Assembly: GCA_977020255.1 (NCBI GenBank) | Contig: CDROCS010001674.1 | Span: 1 to 64,000, forward strand | Length of the DNA stretch: 64,000 nt | Direction: 5' to 3' | Source of the DNA: Obrimoposthia wandeli | Taxonomy: Eukaryota | Part shown: positions 56,615 to 64,000 of the stretch, piece after piece | Numbering within the stretch: position 1 is the stretch's first letter | Layout of the letters: each line of letters opens with the position of its first letter | Notes under the pieces: model-generated | Told to the model about the DNA's origin: nothing | The model's input: the letters and a program-made list of their open reading frames with translations, nothing else | The model's database searches: none | Translations under genes and position numbers: made by a program

Positions 56615-57748
56615 TTAGTCAACGGGATACCAATAACCCATATTGATAAGTTGTGTCAGCATGGCCAAAAATGCGGGGTGATCAAGCTGTTTCCCAAGTA
56701 AAGGCAAACTGACTTGTTCTTCATCACATAGGCATTTAGCTGCTTCTGAACATTCTTCTGGTAGTTCAAACTTGTCACCATTGATGTAAAGAACATTCGG
56801 TTGTTCTGGGTGGTAAAAAGCCCGTAAGCCACCTAAACGTTTGAACTCTTCACCGTCTTCTAAAAACTGATAGGTTTCATTTTTTTGCCAAGGCGGCTCT
56901 GATGAAATGATATCAAGTTCATGACGGCTGTGGCTTAGATGTTCACCCATCCATTGTTTCATTAAATCAGGATGATCCAACAAGCTTCGCATCATTGCTT
57001 CAAGATCATTACATTCCGCTTCTAAGATTGCTCCGTTATTTTGACGCGCAGGCATTGATGGATTGTGGTAATGCACATCCCCAATATCGTTAGAAATAAT
57101 GAAATCAGCAAAGCTACTTAATAATTCTTGTTTCTTTGGTGAACGAAAGCCAACAGAAAAGCTCATGGATGTTTCTATCGCGTAACCGTCGTGCGGAAAG
57201 CCTGGCGGAATATATAAAATATCACCAGGCTCCATTACTTCGTCAATGATTGGCTCAAAGCCTTTAATTTGGCGAAGCTCTGGGTGGCGGAATTCTTCTT
57301 CATAATCATCTTTTTTTGGACCAACTCGCCAATGACGCTTACCTGAACCTTGGGTAATAAATACATCATATTGATCAATATGTGGACCTACACCACCGCC
57401 CGGCGTTGAATAGCTGATCATTAAATCATCAAATAACCAGTTGGGTAATTGACGAAATGGTGTAACTAAGCGAGCTGCACCTTCATGCCAATGATTCGCA
57501 GCTTGAACAATGAATGACCAGTGATCTTCTGGTGTATTATCAAAGGATAAAGGGCCATGACGAACATCCCACTCTTCGCCGTTTCTTGCGACATAACGGG
57601 AATCGACGTCTTCTTCCATCGCTAATCCGGCAAGTTCATCAGGGCTGATTGGGTCGACGAAATCTTTAAAACCACCTTTTATGACAACTGGTTTTTTCTG
57701 CCAAAACTCGGCAAGAAATTCTTCAAATGAGAATGTGAACTGGTACAT
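56615..57748 (-). CDS. roxA: Ribosomal protein uL16 arginine hydroxylase (JmjC/cupin)
   Basis: WQKKP, DDLMIS, GVGPHIDQYDVF and GDILYIPPGFPH. Confidence 0.92.
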   Translation of the reverse strand: MYQFTFSFEEFLAEFWQKKPVVIKGGFKDFVDPISPDELAGLAMEEDVDSRYVARNGEEWDVRHGPLSFDNTPEDHWSFIVQAANHWHEGAARLVTPFRQLPNWLFDDLMISYSTPGGGVGPHIDQYDVFITQGSGKRHWRVGPKKDDYEEEFRHPELRQIKGFEPIIDEVMEPGDILYIPPGFPHDGYAIETSMSFSVGFRSPKKQELLSSFADFIISNDIGDVHYHNPSMPARQNNGAILEAECNDLEAMMRSLLDHPDLMKQWMGEHLSHSRHELDIISSEPPWQKNETYQFLEDGEEFKRLGGLRAFYHPEQPNVLYINGDKFELPEECSEAAKCLCDEEQVSLPLLGKQLDHPAFLAMLTQLINMGYWYPVD

Positions 57749-58041
57749 GTTCAAACTATTAATTATTGAGCTTAGTGCCGATTATAGCGCAAAGCGAACC
57801 GTGCTAGATAAAAAATCATTTAATGATGGGGGTTTATTAAGCTATATCGAAGGTTATGAGGGTGTTGTTTCGTGGATTTGGTTAACAATTTTGTGGCGAA
57901 ATCTCTTTATTTTTTGATATACAGTTTGAAAGCAAATGCCCTTAACCGACGCAAAAAAGAGAGGCATTGTAATGCCTCTCAAAATGAAATCCATTTCTAG
58001 CAGTGATTATCGAAGGGCTGTTTATTTAGCCCTCGTTTTAA

Positions 58042-59187
58042 TTATTCAATTGGCAATAATCTTAACAGTGGGAATGCTGCTTTAAGCTGATTATGGCTTA
58101 CAATGAAGCCTGCGAGGTCACCAGTTGTTTGATTAAAGGCTTTAGCAACTAAACCTTCAGGTTCTTGCTTTACTTCCCACGTTAAATTATCGCTGGTGGT
58201 ATCACCTGATAAATGCAGTGGCAGCCAAGGTGTTTTCACTTTCACTAAACTGGCTGGTAGTTGAACTGGCGTTGGTGACCCGAGTAATGTTTTTGCTAAT
58301 GCCATTGCACTTAACATGGTTGGCTGTAAAAAAGCCCTTACCTTGCCATTTAGCTCGGCACAGTCACCTAACGCATAAATATTGTTTATTGACGTTTGCA
58401 TGTGCTGATTAACCAGAATCCCTTTAGCAACATCAACACCTGATTCCTGCGCTAATTGTGTATTAGGCGCTAGCCCCATAGCAGCAATAATGACATCAGC
58501 GTGTTGATAAGAGTCATCTTGCAGCGTCACAATCAATTCTTGATGGTGGCGGGTAATCGTTTTAACTTCTTTGCCTAGCTTTATATCAACCCCTTTTTCT
58601 TGCATGGTTTGATATAAATTGGCACTAATAAATGACGGTAATAGCGTTGGCATTAGGCTGGTAGCACGATCCAGCAATGTTACCTTTTTACCTGATGTTG
58701 ATAAATCCATCGCGATTTCAGTGCCAATTAATCCAGCACCAAGTACGAGAACAGATTTCGCTGTAGCCAACTTACCTTGCTGCTCTTCATATTCCATTAG
58801 GCTATTCAATGTAACGATCTCGTCTGTCCCATTACCAGAAAATGGTGGAATAAAAGAGGTCGCGCCTGTCGCCAGCACCAAATCAGAGTAGCCGATACAT
58901 TGGTCATTAAAATGAACCACTTGTTCGGCGCTGTCTATCGCCGTAACCCGAGTCTTCGGGATTAAAGTGATGTTATGCGTACGAGCAAAATCGTCTGCTG
59001 TTTGCTTAATCAGATCATTAGCGGTTTGCTGTTTACTGAATACATGGCTTAGATCCGGCTTAGAGTAATCGTCACCCTTATCGGCTGTAATAACCGTAAT
59101 AGGGGTTAGCTCATTTTGTTTGCGTAGTGATTTGACCAATTGATAAGCCGCGAAACCACTGCCAATTATAACAATATGCTTATTCAT
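58042..59187 (-). CDS. norW: NADH:flavorubredoxin reductase NorW
   Basis: IIGSGFA, YSKPDLSH, GAGLIG and ALGDCAE; directly downstream of norV. Confidence 0.92.
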   Translation of the reverse strand: MNKHIVIIGSGFAAYQLVKSLRKQNELTPITVITADKGDDYSKPDLSHVFSKQQTANDLIKQTADDFARTHNITLIPKTRVTAIDSAEQVVHFNDQCIGYSDLVLATGATSFIPPFSGNGTDEIVTLNSLMEYEEQQGKLATAKSVLVLGAGLIGTEIAMDLSTSGKKVTLLDRATSLMPTLLPSFISANLYQTMQEKGVDIKLGKEVKTITRHHQELIVTLQDDSYQHADVIIAAMGLAPNTQLAQESGVDVAKGILVNQHMQTSINNIYALGDCAELNGKVRAFLQPTMLSAMALAKTLLGSPTPVQLPASLVKVKTPWLPLHLSGDTTSDNLTWEVKQEPEGLVAKAFNQTTGDLAGFIVSHNQLKAAFPLLRLLPIE

Positions 59188-59196
59188 ACTATTGCC

Positions 59197-60777
59197 TTAG
59201 TTAATGGGTTCGAATACTTGTTTGCCAATACCACATTCAGGACATAAGAATGAATCGGGTACTTCTTCCCATGCTGTTTTGGGTTCAACACCTTGATTAG
59301 GCTCGCCTAACTCTGGGTCGTATATCCACTGGCACACAGTACAAATTTGTTTCTGTGTTTGGTCTGTGCTGTTAGATGCAGTGGTGCTGGTTACTTCTTG
59401 TTGCACGACTGCCGCTTCATTTGTTGCTGGCTGTGATGTTACAACTGACTGTGTTTCTACAACTGGCTGTGGTGTTACAACTGATTGGGGGGTAACAACT
59501 GATTGTGATGCTACAACGCTGCGAGGTGCAACATTGAGTTCGTTAATAGCGGCGCGTGTAGTCGCTACGGTAGCAAGAGGTTGTAATGCCCATTCACGAG
59601 CAATTTTACGGCCATGTTCGCGACATTCTTCCATTGCATTTGAGTCTGGGCGCCATTTAGTTTTTAACCCGACGGTAGTAAAGAAGCCTGCATCGGTTAA
59701 ACGAGAGTGAATACGATCGACAGCACCACCGTTCCAACCATAACTACCAAATGCACCTGCCTTTTTACCTTTAAAGCGTAGGCCCGTAATTTCTTCTAAC
59801 ATGCCTGCGACTTTTGGCATCATCACATTGTTCATGGTTGATGAACCGACAAGAATACCTTTAGATCCAAATACATTTGTGAGTATTTCATTCTTATCAT
59901 GACGAGAAACATTGAAGATTTTAACCGCAACATTTGGGTCAGTTTCGGTGATACCTTGAGCGATACCATCTGCCATCATGCGCGTGTTATTAGACATTGA
60001 ATCGTAGAAGATAGTGATTTTGTCTTCTTTATATTCATCGGCCCACTTAAGATATTGTTCGATAATCTGAGTTGGGTTATCACGCCAGATAACACCATGA
60101 GATGTCGCAACCATATCAACAGGAAGATTAAAGCTTAAAACTTCATGAATCTTGGCGGTAACAAGCGGGCTAAATGGCGTTAGGATATTGGCATAGTAGC
60201 GTAAGCACTGCTCCATCAGTTCGTTTTGCTCAACTTCATCGTTGAACAAACGTTCGTCACAGTAGTGTTGACCAAAGGCATCGTTACTGAAAAGTACCGC
60301 GTCACCTGTCATGTACGTCATCATGCTATCAGGCCAGTGCAGCATTGGTGTTTCGATAAAGACGAGGGATTTACCATTACCAATATCAATGCTATCGCCA
60401 GTTTTGACTACATTGAAATTCCATTCTGGATGATGGTGGTGACCAGTAATAGAGTCAATGGCATTTTCAGTACAGTAAATCGGTGTGTTTGGAATTTTGC
60501 TAAGTAAAACAGATAAAGCCCCAGCATGATCTTCTTCAGCGTGATTGATGACGATAAGATCAATTTCGTTTAGATCGATTTCTTGTTCTAATTGTTGGAC
60601 GAAATCGTAGCTAAACTTATGATCAACGGTATCAATTAACACGTTTTTACCTTCACGGATCAGGTAACTGTTATAGCTCGTTCCTTTTAACGTTTTGTAT
60701 TCAGTGCCATGAAAATCTCGAACTTCCCAATCGCGCTGACCAACCCAGTGAATATTGTTCTTAACGTGAATAGACAT
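59197..60777 (-). CDS. norV: Anaerobic NO reductase flavorubredoxin NorV with expanded linker
   Basis: H.E.DH (HAEEDH), HWPD, DAFG, flavodoxin domain and C-terminal rubredoxin CTVC...CPEC. Confidence 0.96.
   Translation of the reverse strand: MSIHVKNNIHWVGQRDWEVRDFHGTEYKTLKGTSYNSYLIREGKNVLIDTVDHKFSYDFVQQLEQEIDLNEIDLIVINHAEEDHAGALSVLLSKIPNTPIYCTENAIDSITGHHHHPEWNFNVVKTGDSIDIGNGKSLVFIETPMLHWPDSMMTYMTGDAVLFSNDAFGQHYCDERLFNDEVEQNELMEQCLRYYANILTPFSPLVTAKIHEVLSFNLPVDMVATSHGVIWRDNPTQIIEQYLKWADEYKEDKITIFYDSMSNNTRMMADGIAQGITETDPNVAVKIFNVSRHDKNEILTNVFGSKGILVGSSTMNNVMMPKVAGMLEEITGLRFKGKKAGAFGSYGWNGGAVDRIHSRLTDAGFFTTVGLKTKWRPDSNAMEECREHGRKIAREWALQPLATVATTRAAINELNVAPRSVVASQSVVTPQSVVTPQPVVETQSVVTSQPATNEAAVVQQEVTSTTASNSTDQTQKQICTVCQWIYDPELGEPNQGVEPKTAWEEVPDSFLCPECGIGKQVFEPIN
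59432..59521. repeat. Five 18-bp tandem units in the NorV linker
   Basis: tgtgatgttacaactgac / tgtgtttctacaactggc / tgtggtgttacaactgat / tggggggtaacaactgat / tgtgatgctacaacgctg, encoding QSVVTP-like hexapeptides. Confidence 0.9.
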
Positions 60778-60799
60778 AATGCCAACCTATAATTTTGAT

Positions 60800-60875
60800 A
60801 ACATGTATTTTTAATGCATGTTATACCCGAGAGTTGGTCGTGGCAACACTAAACATGTATAAATAATACATGTTT
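60800..60875 (-). promoter_or_regulatory. norVW sigma70 promoter flanked by two NsrR-type boxes
   Basis: Boxes AACATGTAT-TTTTA-ATGCATGTT (60800-60822) and AAACATGTAT-AAATA-ATACATGTTT (60851-60875). Minus-strand -35 TTGCCA (60841-60846), 17-bp spacer, -10 TAACAT (60818-60823). Confidence 0.75.
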
Positions 60876-60984
60876 AAGTTATCGTTTTGATTTATATGAT
60901 TTTAAATTTTAAAATGGTTTATTATGATTTCAAGGAGGAAGTGTTTGTTGAAAGACTGCGGGTTACTTAGGTAGAACGTTGACA

Positions 60985-61010
60985 TAAAAAAGGCTGGTCG
61001 AAACCAGCCT
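60985..61010 (-). terminator. purB terminator
   Basis: AAGGCTGGT-CGAA-ACCAGCCTT with a U-run on the minus strand. Confidence 0.85.
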
Positions 61011-61032
61011 TAAAAGAGTCTACACAGCCAGC

Positions 61033-62445
<1,413 letters not shown>

Positions 62446-62485
62446 TTATTTTGAGAATATGAGCAGCGAGAAAAAATAAAAATAA

Positions 62486-63103
62486 TTAACTGCGAGCCAA
62501 TAAAATCTTGGCTTGCTCAACCATTTGCTTCCGGCCGAAAATTAAATGACGACGCTTACCACCGACCTGACGCCATAGCACTGCACCACGAACAGCGGCA
62601 AGTAATAACGCTCGCACTTTATGCTGTACTTGTTGCTGTTGAAGATGTGCTGGCGCACCTGTTACCTGAATACGAGGACCAAGAGGGCTGATAATATCAA
62701 GGTAAATACTGGCGATATTGCTAACCATTTGATCGTCTAATAAATCAAAATGATCTTTCTGACGAATGATGACATCAATGCGGTCACCAAGTTGACCCAT
62801 GCTATCGCGTCGACCTGATAATTTACGTTCAAGTGCCATCACACTCACTAAGTAGCGAGTAATTTCACTGCCTGTTGGTGAGCTATCGATTTCTTGCGAT
62901 AAGGTTTCAAGACCAAGTCGTAGATTGCTCTCGTTACCATAAATCTCAATGGTATTGGAAGGGTTTGTTACAGTAATACTGTTCAAACAAGCTTCTAAAA
63001 TTTCGCGATCACAGTTGCCATTTTGTGCAACTAGCTGAACCAACTTAACTGCTTGGCAGATGCTGGCAAACGCGATTGTTCGGTCATATAAGGTATGTGC
63101 CAC
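62486..63103 (-). CDS. hflD: High-frequency lysogenization protein HflD
   Basis: [12 protein letters not shown] and LWRQVGG.RRHLIF; between mnmA and purB. Confidence 0.95.
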   Translation of the reverse strand: MAHTLYDRTIAFASICQAVKLVQLVAQNGNCDREILEACLNSITVTNPSNTIEIYGNESNLRLGLETLSQEIDSSPTGSEITRYLVSVMALERKLSGRRDSMGQLGDRIDVIIRQKDHFDLLDDQMVSNIASIYLDIISPLGPRIQVTGAPAHLQQQQVQHKVRALLLAAVRGAVLWRQVGGKRRHLIFGRKQMVEQAKILLARS

Positions 63104-63117
63104 GGGTGACGACTCCT

Positions 63118-64000
<883 letters not shown>

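Noticed and set aside
59432-59521. 18-bp repeats as a CRISPR-like or mobile repeat
   Set aside because: They are contiguous in-frame coding repeats with no spacers and no cas genes.
60777-60980. sigma54 promoter or NorR sites for norV
   Set aside because: No GG-N10-GC on the minus strand at a plausible position; the forward TGGCAAC at 60841 is on the wrong strand and lacks the -12 GC.

Overview
Core-chromosome segment of a Vibrionaceae bacterium, most consistent with Photobacterium (inferred from gene content, the luxOU-qrr1-yvcK-moa synteny and an OmpT/OmpH-like porin). It carries the his operon with its leader and attenuator, lpxH-ppiB-cysS, glpQ, adhE, a RimK-like ATP-grasp/7TM/protease trio, cmoAB, aspS-yebC-ruvCAB, uvrB, qrr1-luxOU, moaACDE with a Moco riboswitch, a porin, oppABCDF, an MCP, roxA, norVW and purB-hflD-mnmA. 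I see no IS element, prophage, CRISPR array, rRNA or tRNA. hisA, hisH and oppA are broken by locally clustered indels that look like low-quality sequence rather than biology. The most interesting signals are regulatory. (1) A stand-alone Lon N-domain gene about 2 kb from luxO has a sigma54 -24/-12 promoter and two tandem LuxO-consensus boxes, so it may be a protein-coding LuxO output parallel to Qrr1. (2) norVW has a sigma70 promoter with two NsrR-type boxes instead of the usual NorR/sigma54 arrangement. (3) A 60-aa orphan ORF sits behind a sigma28-like promoter. (4) Two sub-60-aa ORFs lie upstream of oppA. All motif calls were made by eye and are untested.
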